Below are positions 55,642 to 64,000 of a stretch of DNA of 64,000 nt, in pieces. The notes under the pieces are model-generated. The model searched no databases. It was not told where the DNA came from and saw nothing but the letters and a program-made list of their open reading frames with translations. The DNA lies in the NCBI GenBank assembly GCA_965228735.1, contig OZ245838.1, positions 4,224,001-4,288,000 of the forward strand. The letters run 5' to 3'. The translations under genes were made by a program, and so were the position numbers. The stretch is from Planctomycetota bacterium. Its GTDB lineage: Bacteria; Planctomycetota; UBA1135; UBA2386. Numbering within the stretch: the stretch's first letter is position 1; each line of letters opens with the position of its first letter.

Positions 55642-56478
55642 ATGCATTCGATCCCGCTCTGCTCCGTTCTCCTGCTCACCGCCACGCTCGTCGGCCAGGC
55701 CGAGATGCCAGAACGGCCCGAGCCGATCGCCGAGGTGATGCTGATCGGCACGTTCCACTTCGCCAACCCGGGGCTCGACTCGTTCAACCTCGAGGCCGAC
55801 GACGTGCGGTCGGAGAAGCGGCAGAAGGAGATCGCGGCGCTCGTGCAGCGGCTCGCGAAGTGGCAACCCGATCTCGTCATGGTCGAGTTCCCGCGCCAGA
55901 AGCAGTCGCTGCTCGACGAGCGCTACGCGAAGTATCGCGCCGGCGGGCTGCGCGACACGCGCAACGAATACGCGCAGGTCGGCATGCGGCTCGCGGACGC
56001 GCTCGAACATCCGCGCATGGCCGCGATCGACGTGAAACACACGTTCATGTCACCGCAGCATCAGGCCCTCTTCGAGAAGCCGACCGAGCGCCTGCAGAAG
56101 CTCGGCGCCGACCTCGAGCAGAAGGGCAACGCTGCGATGAAGGTCATGGCCGAACGGCTCGAGAAGAGCACGATCGGCGACATGCTCGCGTGGATGAACG
56201 AGGAGCCGATGCTGCAGCGCAACCACGACATCTACGTCGATGACCTCATGCGCGGCTGGCGCGACGAGAACCAGGGCGGCGCGCACACGGTCGCCAACTG
56301 GTACACGCGCAACATCCTGATGTTCCAGAACGTGCTGCGCGAAGTCGTGGAGAGCGACGGCAAGGTGAAGCGCGTCGTCCTCCTGGTCGGCCAGGGCCAC
56401 GTCCCGATCCTGCGGCAGCTCACGCGCGACAACCCGTCGCTCGCCGCGGTCGACCCGGTGCCGTTCCTGCGCGACTGA
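55642..56478 (+). CDS. DUF5694-like secreted protein (TraB/GumN-like fold)
   Basis: LIGTFHFANPG, NEYAQVG, WYTRN and LVGQGHV motifs, plus a signal peptide. Confidence 0.8.
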   Translation: MHSIPLCSVLLLTATLVGQAEMPERPEPIAEVMLIGTFHFANPGLDSFNLEADDVRSEKRQKEIAALVQRLAKWQPDLVMVEFPRQKQSLLDERYAKYRAGGLRDTRNEYAQVGMRLADALEHPRMAAIDVKHTFMSPQHQALFEKPTERLQKLGADLEQKGNAAMKVMAERLEKSTIGDMLAWMNEEPMLQRNHDIYVDDLMRGWRDENQGGAHTVANWYTRNILMFQNVLREVVESDGKVKRVVLLVGQGHVPILRQLTRDNPSLAAVDPVPFLRD

Positions 56479-56502
56479 CGGCCGCGCGCTACGATCGCGG
56501 CG

Positions 56503-58524
56503 ATGTCGAGGACGCCGCGACTCGCCGGGCCAGGGCGCACGGGCCTGCCGAAACTCCTGGCGCTGCTGGTGATCGCCACCGCGCTGCTCGTTTGGCTGTG
56601 GCAGGGCCGCGAGCCCGAACGACCCGAGCCCGGAGCATCGACACCAACCCCACCCGCGGTGGCTACCGGCGACCCGGCCACGGCCGACGTCGATCGCACC
56701 ACCCAACGCGACCTCGTCGTCGACGCCGCGGCGACCGGCGACGGCGACGAGGCCGCCGCCGCGGGACCGACCCTGCGCGTTCGCCTGCGCGGACTCGTGC
56801 CCGCAGCGCCCTGGACGACCGAACTGAAGATCGACTTCGAGGGGCGCGACAAGAGCAAGGACATCTACGGCGACCACGAGGACCGGGTCGAAGTGGCCGC
56901 TGACGGCACGGCCGAGTTCCTGCTGCCGTCCTGGGTGACCGAGGTCACGCGCCGCAAGCTCCGCATCGACGCCGAGGATCCGAACTACCGCCCGACGCTG
57001 GTGCGGCTGCGGGACGGCGCCATCGACCTCGACGCCGAGCTCGTCATCGACGTGCAGGCGATCGGGGTGCTGACGGGGCGAGTCGTCGACATCCGGGGCG
57101 AGCCCGTCATCGCGGCGCGGGTGACCGCGTTTGCGTTCGAGGACGGTCGCCTGGCACCGGGCGAACTCGGCACGACGACGACGAGCATCGAGGGCCGCTA
57201 CCACCTCGAGGCCGCGCCCGATACGCCGCTCTCGGTCGTCGTCGTGCCGATGCGGGAAGCCCAGATCAGCGGTCGGTTCCTCACGGGTCGGCACGGCGCG
57301 ATCGCCGACCTCGGCATTCCGCGCGCCGACCTGCTACCGACGTCGGTGCGCGCGACCGCGGCGCTCGGCAGTCAGGGCAGCCTGCCGGACATCGTCGTGG
57401 GCGACGCCGCCACGGTGCGTGGCGTGGTGCAGTTCCGCGACGGGCGGCCGATCGAGAAGATCAAGATCGTCGCGATGCGCGCCGGCCGCGCGGCGGGCAG
57501 CCCGAGCAGCCGGGTCTCGCCCAACGTCGACCTCGGGGTTCGACGCGACGGCACGCTCGACATCGTTTCGACGACGTGGAGCGACGACGACGGCCGCTTC
57601 GAGTTCGCCGCGGCGCCCGGCGAACGACTCGACCTCTACCTCGCCGAGGTGCCGGGCATGTTGCTGTACCACGGCATGGACCAGGCCGTGGCGACGACGG
57701 ACCCGGCACCGACGACCGCGCGCGTCGAGCTGCCACTCCCGGTTCGGTTGCGTGCGATGCTCGCCGGCAGCCCGGCGACCAACGCAACCGTTCGCCTGCG
57801 TCACGGCGAACCCGTGGCGTGCGACGACGCCGGCGAGGTTCGGCTCGTCACGACCCAGAACGTGCGCGTGCGAGCCATCGCCGGCCGTCGTTCGTCGCCA
57901 TGGACGACGGTCACGGCGAGCCAGTCGGGAACGATCGTCCCGCTCGCACTCGACGCCGAGAAGACCGCGGTCTTCATCGAGCTCGAGGGTGAGGTCCCCA
58001 TCCGCAACGCGATCTTCCGCTGGCGCGAGGGGACCCGCGATCAACTCGAACCGCGCCAGCGCGGCGACGACTCCGGTCCGTTCTGCATCTACCTGCCACC
58101 CGGGCGGCACGAGGTCCTGATCGGGCCGGGGCCCGGCGAGCGCAATGGCCAGTTCCTGCTCCCGCAGAAGCAGACGATCGACGTCGGCACGACGGACCTG
58201 CGGCTGTCGTTCCCAGTCAAGTTCGGCGGCCGACTGCAACTTCACCTGACCGACGCGACTGGCCGCCACATCGGCGAGACGTGCCGCATTTTCGGCCCCG
58301 ACGGCCAGCAGATCAGGGGCATGCTTTCCGTCGACGTGGATGGCATTCCCCGACCGGGCCGCGCGCTCAATCGGCTCCCAGAGTCAGGACCGGCAACCTT
58401 CGGCCCCCTGCTCGCGCCGGGCGATTACGACGTGTTGCTCACGTTCGCCGGCCATCCCGACGAGCGCCGGACGGTCCGTATCCAGCCCCGCGAAGTGACT
58501 GAGCTCCACCTGCGGCTACCTTGA
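56503..58524 (+). CDS. Membrane-anchored protein with carboxypeptidase regulatory-like beta-sandwich repeats
   Basis: TM anchor plus LTGRVVDIRGEPV, VRGVVQFRDGRP, SDDDGRFEF and LAPGDY repeats. Confidence 0.75.
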   Translation: MSRTPRLAGPGRTGLPKLLALLVIATALLVWLWQGREPERPEPGASTPTPPAVATGDPATADVDRTTQRDLVVDAAATGDGDEAAAAGPTLRVRLRGLVPAAPWTTELKIDFEGRDKSKDIYGDHEDRVEVAADGTAEFLLPSWVTEVTRRKLRIDAEDPNYRPTLVRLRDGAIDLDAELVIDVQAIGVLTGRVVDIRGEPVIAARVTAFAFEDGRLAPGELGTTTTSIEGRYHLEAAPDTPLSVVVVPMREAQISGRFLTGRHGAIADLGIPRADLLPTSVRATAALGSQGSLPDIVVGDAATVRGVVQFRDGRPIEKIKIVAMRAGRAAGSPSSRVSPNVDLGVRRDGTLDIVSTTWSDDDGRFEFAAAPGERLDLYLAEVPGMLLYHGMDQAVATTDPAPTTARVELPLPVRLRAMLAGSPATNATVRLRHGEPVACDDAGEVRLVTTQNVRVRAIAGRRSSPWTTVTASQSGTIVPLALDAEKTAVFIELEGEVPIRNAIFRWREGTRDQLEPRQRGDDSGPFCIYLPPGRHEVLIGPGPGERNGQFLLPQKQTIDVGTTDLRLSFPVKFGGRLQLHLTDATGRHIGETCRIFGPDGQQIRGMLSVDVDGIPRPGRALNRLPESGPATFGPLLAPGDYDVLLTFAGHPDERRTVRIQPREVTELHLRLP

Positions 58525-58555
58525 TTCCGCCCGCCCAGGTATCATGTTTCGCCCC

Positions 58556-58987
58556 ATGGCGCTCCTCCGCCTGACTACCTGCCTCCTGCTCGCCGCGATG
58601 GTCCCGCCTTCGGAACAGGACCCGAACGCCCAGGACCCCATCAAGGCCGCGTTCACCGAGCTCGCCGGCTTCGACTACACGGAGGGCATGACCCTGCCCG
58701 CCGAGGTCACGAAGCTCGACGAGAAGGTCGTCACGATCAACGGCTTCATGCGGCGCGAGTTCCCCGGCGTCGGACCGGTCAACTCGTTCTTGCTGATCAA
58801 CGACGCGTGCGGGTGCGATGGCACGCCGATGATCCACGAGATCGTGTTCTGCATGCTGCCCGACGGCGTGACGATGGACATCAAGCCCGGCGTCGTCGAG
58901 GTCACGGGCAAGCTCTACGTCGGCGAGGAGAAAGAGGACGGCGTCGTGATCATGCTCTATCAGATGGACGCGGACACGGTGAAGTGA
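58556..58987 (+). CDS. DUF3299-like protein
   Basis: KLDEKVVTINGFM, FLL...ACGC and VEVTGKL motifs. Confidence 0.7.
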   Translation: MALLRLTTCLLLAAMVPPSEQDPNAQDPIKAAFTELAGFDYTEGMTLPAEVTKLDEKVVTINGFMRREFPGVGPVNSFLLINDACGCDGTPMIHEIVFCMLPDGVTMDIKPGVVEVTGKLYVGEEKEDGVVIMLYQMDADTVK

Positions 58988-58991
58988 CGCC

Positions 58992-60158
58992 GTGAAGGCC
59001 GTCTACCTCCTGCTCTTCCTCGCCCTGTCCGCGCCGCTCCTCGCCCTGCTCCCCGTCGGGCAGGATCCGAAGGGCGAAACCGACTGGCCAGCCGCCGTCG
59101 AGAAGGCCACGAGCGCGCGCCGCTACATGCTGCGCGTCGCCGCCGCGCGCAAGATCGCAGCCGGCGGTGCCGCGGCCGTGCCCGCGGTCGACGCCTACGT
59201 CGAGGAGAACGGCCTCAACGCGCTGCCCGCGGCGATCGTCGACATGATCGCCAAGCAGAGGACGACCGAGCCCGCGGTCATCGATCAGCTGCTGCGCTGG
59301 GCCACGACGCGCGACTTCTACTGGCGGCCCGCCGCGATGCTCGCGCTCGCGCGCCGCGCGCCGCTGATCCCGGAGAAGAAGGCCGAACTCGTGGAGCTGT
59401 TCATGCAGCACCGTGACGATCCGGCGTGGCGCGTCGCGGCGAACGCCCGCTTTGGCCTGCGTCTGCTCGACGCCGGCGACAGTTCACCGCGCGCAGGCGA
59501 CGACCCGCGCCTCGCGGCCGAGGTCGCCGGGCTGCTGCTGCAGGAGGGCGAGACGCCGGATCTGCAGCCGCTCGTGGACGCGCTGGCCGACGAACGCACG
59601 TTCCTCGACGTGCCGTGGGGCAGACAATCGGCGTCGGGCGTCGCCCAGGCGCTGCGCCGCGCTCTGGGCGACGCGCATCCAGAAGCGATGGCGGACAAGA
59701 GCGCGGCGATCGCGGCCGTGCGCGCGGCCCTGACCGAGAAGTTCGGCCAGGAGCTGACCCAGCCCGCGATCCAGTCGGACCCCGCGATCGAGTTCACCGG
59801 CGGTATCGAGGCGCTGTCGTGCAAGAGCGGCGACGTCTACCTCCAATGGACGAGCGACGGCCGCCTCTTCGCCGGCGTGGACGCGCGCTTCCTGGTGCAG
59901 CTGCCGGCCCCGATCTGGGACGAACTGTCGAAGGCGCGAACAGAGCTGCCGCTCGACAAGAGCCTCGGTGTCGTGATCTGCGACGCTCTGCGTCTCAAGT
60001 GGGCGCAACCCGAGGTGCACGCGCGCTACGCGCCGGAGTCACTCCCGGCCCCGGCGGCGGATTGGCTTCTCGCCCTGGCGTCGGCGCTCGCGAATGCCGA
60101 TAAGAACGACCTCGCCGCGGCGCTCCGGTCCGCCGTCGAGCAGTTCCGCGTGCGCTGA
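58992..60158 (+). CDS. Secreted helical (HEAT-like) hypothetical protein
   Basis: Signal peptide, Ala/Leu-rich helical sequence, and tight spacing with its neighbours. Confidence 0.65.
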   Translation: MKAVYLLLFLALSAPLLALLPVGQDPKGETDWPAAVEKATSARRYMLRVAAARKIAAGGAAAVPAVDAYVEENGLNALPAAIVDMIAKQRTTEPAVIDQLLRWATTRDFYWRPAAMLALARRAPLIPEKKAELVELFMQHRDDPAWRVAANARFGLRLLDAGDSSPRAGDDPRLAAEVAGLLLQEGETPDLQPLVDALADERTFLDVPWGRQSASGVAQALRRALGDAHPEAMADKSAAIAAVRAALTEKFGQELTQPAIQSDPAIEFTGGIEALSCKSGDVYLQWTSDGRLFAGVDARFLVQLPAPIWDELSKARTELPLDKSLGVVICDALRLKWAQPEVHARYAPESLPAPAADWLLALASALANADKNDLAAALRSAVEQFRVR

Positions 60159-60179
60159 CCGGACGACCCGTTTCAACCG

Positions 60180-63100
60180 ATGTGTGGCATCATCGCCGTA
60201 TTGCGTCGCCAGAGCCGGCGCACCCCTCCGACGACCGCCGCGCTGCTGGCCCGCGTCACCGCTGCGGAATCCGCGCTCGGCGCCGATGAGCCGACCACCG
60301 CCGCGCTCGCCGGCGCAGCGACCGAGCTCACGGCACTCGACGCCAGCCTCAAGGGCACGCCCGGCCTGATCACGCTGCTCGCGGAGCCGACGACGGCCGG
60401 CGAACTGCACGACCGACTCACCGTGCTGCAAGCCCGGGTCCGCGACCACGAGAGCGCGCTCGACGAGCGCGGCACCGTCGGCGGCGATGACCAGGGGATC
60501 GAGGAGCACAACGCCGCGCTCGTTGCTCTCAAGGACGCGGTGTGGGCCGTGCTGCGCGACCGGCTGCGCCACAAGGATGCCGTCCGTGAGCTCGCGGGCG
60601 GCGGCGAACTGCGCGACCCGACGACCGTCGCCGCGTTCTCCGGGATCGAGATCGCGTTGGCCGCGCTCGATCGACTCGAGGTGCGCGGCCGCGACTCCGC
60701 GGGCGTCTCGATCGTGGTCTCGGGCATCGACGTGACGGCGGCACCGCTCACGGCATTGCTCGAGAAGCGCGACCACGACCCGTTGCTGCAGAACGGTGCG
60801 GTCCGCGTCGCCGACGGCTGTCTCGACTTCGTCTACAAGTACGCGGCGGAGATCGGCGAGCTCGGCGACAACGTCGCGGCGCTGCGACGTTCGATCCAAG
60901 GCGACGCTCTGCTGCAGGCCGCGCTGCGCGCCGGTGGCGAAGTGCTCGTGCTCGGCCACACGCGTTGGGCCAGCGTCGGCATCATCAGCGAACCGAACGC
61001 GCACCCGCTCAACCACGAGGAGACCGGCGAACAGGACGAGAAGGCACCCTACGTCCTCGGCGCTCTGAACGGCGACGTCGACAACCACCTGGAGCTCGTC
61101 GAACGGCACGGGTTGCAGCTCGACCCCGCGATCACGACCGACGCGAAGGTGATCCCCGCGCTCGTCTCGCGCGAGCTCACGAAGGGCACGGACTTCGCCG
61201 AGGCGTTCCGGCGCACGGTCGCGTCGTTCGAGGGCTCGGTCGCCATCGGCGCGGCCGGCACCGCCGACCCCAACCAGCTGGCGCTGGCGCTGCGCGGCTC
61301 CGGGCAGGCGCTCTACGTCGGGCTCGCGGAGGACACGTTCGTCGTCGCGAGCGAGCCCTACGGCGTGATCGAGGAGTGCGAGCGCTACCTGCGGATGGAC
61401 GGCGAGACGCCAGGCAACCCGGGCAACCCGTCGGCCTCGCGCGGCCAGGTCGTGACGCTCGCGCGCAGCGGCGCCGGCGAGATCTCGGGCATCACGCGGC
61501 AGGCCTATGACGGGACCGCGCTGCCCGTCGCCGAGACCGACCTGACGACCGCCACCGTCACGACCCGCGACATCGACCGCGCCGACCACGCGCACTTCCT
61601 GAGCAAGGAGATCCACGAGTCCCCGGACTCGTTCAAGAAGACCCTGCGCGGGCGGATCGTTCGAGTCGGTGAACGGCTGCGCGTCGCGCTCCCGGCCAGG
61701 TCGCTGCCACGGGCGGCGACCGACCTCATGCAGTCGGGCTGCCGGCGTGTGCTCGTCATCGGCCAGGGCACGGCCGCCGTCGCGGGCCAGGCCGTCGCGG
61801 CGTCGATCGCCGACGAACTCCGCGGGAGCGGCATCGGGGTGCAGGCGCTGCCCGCGACCGAACTCAGCGGCTTCGGGCTCGACGACGACATGGCGGACAC
61901 GCTGATCGTCGCGATCTCGCAGTCGGGCACGACGACGGACACCAACCGCACGGTGGATCTCGTGCGCGCGCGCGGCGCGACCGTGCTCGCCATCGTCAAC
62001 CGCCGCGGCAGCGACCTCTGCGACAAGGCCGACGGTGTGCTCTACACGAGCGACGGCCGCGACATCGAGATGAGCGTCGCGAGCACCAAGGCGTTCTACG
62101 CCCAGTGCGCCGCGGGCCAGCTGCTGGCACTCGCGCTCGCCCGAGCGGCGGGCCGCGCCGACGACGCGCGCGAGCACGAACTGCTCGAAGCATTGATCGC
62201 GCTGCCGACCGCGATGCGGCTGGTCCTCGACGAGAACGATGCGATCACCGAGGTCGCGCGCCGCGTCGCGCCGCCGCGGCGCTACTGGGCCCTCGTCGGC
62301 AACGGCAAGAACCGCGTCGCGGCCGCCGAGATCCGCATCAAGCTCAGCGAACTCTGCTACAAGTCGATCGCCTGCGACGCGACCGAGGACAAGAAGCACA
62401 TCGACCTGTCGTCCGAGCCGATGATCCTCGTGTGCGCCGCCGGCCTCACGGGCTCGACGGCCAACGACGTGAGCAAGGAAGTCGCGATCTACAGCGCGCA
62501 CAAGGCGTGCCCCGTCGTGATCACGACCGCCGGCGAAACCCGCTTCACCGCGGCAGCGGCCGCGACGATCACCGTGCCGCAGGTGCATCCGGCACTGGCC
62601 TACGTGCTGTCGACGATGGCCGGCCACCTGTTCGGCTACCGCGCCGCACTCGCGATCGACGAGCTCGCGCTGCCGCTGCGGCGGATGCGCGTCGCGATCG
62701 AGAACGAGTTCGGGAGTGGCGATGCGAGCAGCGCGGCCGGCAACGCGCTCGATCGCGTGCACGACGCGCTGCGCCCGCAGTGGCTCGAGTTCAAGAAGGA
62801 CCTGCAGCTCGGCCGCTACGACGGCACGCTCGAAGCGCGCACGGCGACGCGACTGAACTCGCTGCTCAACTACACGCTCGGCCTCGTGCCGCTCGACGTC
62901 TATGCCGTCGAGTTCGGCGAGGCCGGCACGCCCGGCAAGGTGCTCGACGCGCTCACCGACGCGTTGACGCAGGCGATCGACGAGCTCACGCGCCCCGTCG
63001 ACGCGATCAAGCACCAGGCCAAGACCGTGACGGTCGGCATCTCACGCGCGGACGAAGCGCTGCTCACGCTGCCGCTCGTGCGCGCCGTTCTCGAAGCGGG

Positions 63101-63641
63101 CGCCGGCCGCGATCACCTCGGCTACCGCGACCTGCGGGCGCTCGCCGGCCTCGACCCGGCCGTCGTCGAGGTGCTCGGGAGCACGCGCTACCGCATCGAC
63201 GGTGACCTCGACGGCGAGGGTGCGGCGCCGCAGATCCACGTGATCGACCAGCGCGGCGCGGCCAAGAGCCTGCGGTCGCGCACGTCGAGCAACCCGACGC
63301 TCAAGGGCACCAAGCACCTCGTCGCGATGGAGCGCCAGTGCATGGTGGCCAAGGGCCGCAGCGACGAGCGCACCGTCATCCTCGTGCCCGAGGTCGAACA
63401 GAACCGAACGGTCGGCCTCACGCTGCTGCACGTGAAGTTCGAGGACCACATGCCGAGCAGCGCGCTCCGCTCCGTGCTGTCGACCTACCGCAACCGTTAC
63501 AACGCGCTCGCCGACGCGGTGACCGAGACCGAGCCCGAGTTCGACACGACGCTGCTCGAAGCGATGCCGGTCGTCGATCTGTTGTGCGAGCCGATCTACT
63601 CGCTCGCGGACCGCTGGCGCCAGGGCACGCTGAAGTCCTGA
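60180..63641 (+). CDS. glmS: Extended glutamine--fructose-6-phosphate transaminase (GlmS-like, 1153 aa)
   Basis: MCGI N-terminal nucleophile, RGRDSAG, GHTRWAS, NAHP, ISQSGTTTDT, VASTKAF, IKLSELCY, KKH and AKTVTV motifs. Confidence 0.85.
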   Translation: MCGIIAVLRRQSRRTPPTTAALLARVTAAESALGADEPTTAALAGAATELTALDASLKGTPGLITLLAEPTTAGELHDRLTVLQARVRDHESALDERGTVGGDDQGIEEHNAALVALKDAVWAVLRDRLRHKDAVRELAGGGELRDPTTVAAFSGIEIALAALDRLEVRGRDSAGVSIVVSGIDVTAAPLTALLEKRDHDPLLQNGAVRVADGCLDFVYKYAAEIGELGDNVAALRRSIQGDALLQAALRAGGEVLVLGHTRWASVGIISEPNAHPLNHEETGEQDEKAPYVLGALNGDVDNHLELVERHGLQLDPAITTDAKVIPALVSRELTKGTDFAEAFRRTVASFEGSVAIGAAGTADPNQLALALRGSGQALYVGLAEDTFVVASEPYGVIEECERYLRMDGETPGNPGNPSASRGQVVTLARSGAGEISGITRQAYDGTALPVAETDLTTATVTTRDIDRADHAHFLSKEIHESPDSFKKTLRGRIVRVGERLRVALPARSLPRAATDLMQSGCRRVLVIGQGTAAVAGQAVAASIADELRGSGIGVQALPATELSGFGLDDDMADTLIVAISQSGTTTDTNRTVDLVRARGATVLAIVNRRGSDLCDKADGVLYTSDGRDIEMSVASTKAFYAQCAAGQLLALALARAAGRADDAREHELLEALIALPTAMRLVLDENDAITEVARRVAPPRRYWALVGNGKNRVAAAEIRIKLSELCYKSIACDATEDKKHIDLSSEPMILVCAAGLTGSTANDVSKEVAIYSAHKACPVVITTAGETRFTAAAAATITVPQVHPALAYVLSTMAGHLFGYRAALAIDELALPLRRMRVAIENEFGSGDASSAAGNALDRVHDALRPQWLEFKKDLQLGRYDGTLEARTATRLNSLLNYTLGLVPLDVYAVEFGEAGTPGKVLDALTDALTQAIDELTRPVDAIKHQAKTVTVGISRADEALLTLPLVRAVLEAGAGRDHLGYRDLRALAGLDPAVVEVLGSTRYRIDGDLDGEGAAPQIHVIDQRGAAKSLRSRTSSNPTLKGTKHLVAMERQCMVAKGRSDERTVILVPEVEQNRTVGLTLLHVKFEDHMPSSALRSVLSTYRNRYNALADAVTETEPEFDTTLLEAMPVVDLLCEPIYSLADRWRQGTLKS

Positions 63642-63668
63642 CCTCGGCCGCAGCTCGTGTTCTGGTTT

Positions 63669-64000
63669 TCAGTTCCCGAGCGTGATCTTCAACCCACGTG
63701 AGAACGTGACCCCGGCCAACGCCGTCGCATCGAGCGCGGCGGTCTGGAAGTACAACTCGAGGCCATGAAAGATCTGCGCCGCGGGCAATGGCAGCGGGGC
63801 AGTTGCGATGCCGGCGGGCGAGGTTCCGAGCAGGATCACGGCCTGCCCGGGCTGCACGAGCTGTGTGCAACCGGCGACCGGCAGGTTCGCCGGGCCGACC
63901 GCGCCGAGCAGGGCGACGAACGCTCCCGGTGAGGCCCCCACGACCTCGACCGCCGCGCTCGAGCTCAGGCTCGGCCAGCGATCGACGGTCAGGTCCGGCG
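63669..64000 (-). CDS. 3' end of a secreted protein with planctomycete-type C-terminal domain (partial)
   Basis: GASPG...AGC...LYFQ...FSRGLKITLGN; appears to continue beyond the window edge. Confidence 0.7.
   Translation of the reverse strand, partial: PDLTVDRWPSLSSSAAVEVVGASPGAFVALLGAVGPANLPVAGCTQLVQPGQAVILLGTSPAGIATAPLPLPAAQIFHGLELYFQTAALDATALAGVTFSRGLKITLGN

Overview
This is a very GC-rich, gene-dense 64 kb chromosomal window with about 50 CDS. I infer an uncultured Planctomycetota lineage from the HEAT/vWA proteins, sulfatase, ECF sigma/anti-sigma pair and a shared C-terminal domain on large secreted proteins. Recognisable genes are hpnC-hpnD-hpnE (squalene synthesis), ndh, a CopA-type multicopper oxidase with a CopB-like tail, ligA, an ATL/MGMT-like gene, lemA, a molybdopterin oxidoreductase, a porin, a di-heme cytochrome c peroxidase, a two-component system, a HAD 5'-nucleotidase, a TMEM175-like channel and an unusually long GlmS-like protein. 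I found no rRNA, tRNA, CRISPR array, integrase or transposase. The main findings are: (1) a DsbD-like gene that the ORF track splits at an in-frame TGA lying at the first redox position of a thioredoxin motif (FTGFN-TGA-GSC), followed by a SECIS-like hairpin, so probably a selenoprotein; (2) two oppositely oriented copies of a REPIN-like palindromic element bracketing a 6.2 kb block whose first and last genes are a Cas4/RecB-like nuclease and a Dna2-like helicase; (3) a second REP-like family with a 77-bp tandem duplication; (4) a phage-type DUF669 SSB-like gene followed by 21-bp tandem repeats; and (5) recurrent leaderless-type starts, including a histidine kinase that appears to need an ATC start. 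All calls come from reading motifs by eye; no database searches were run.
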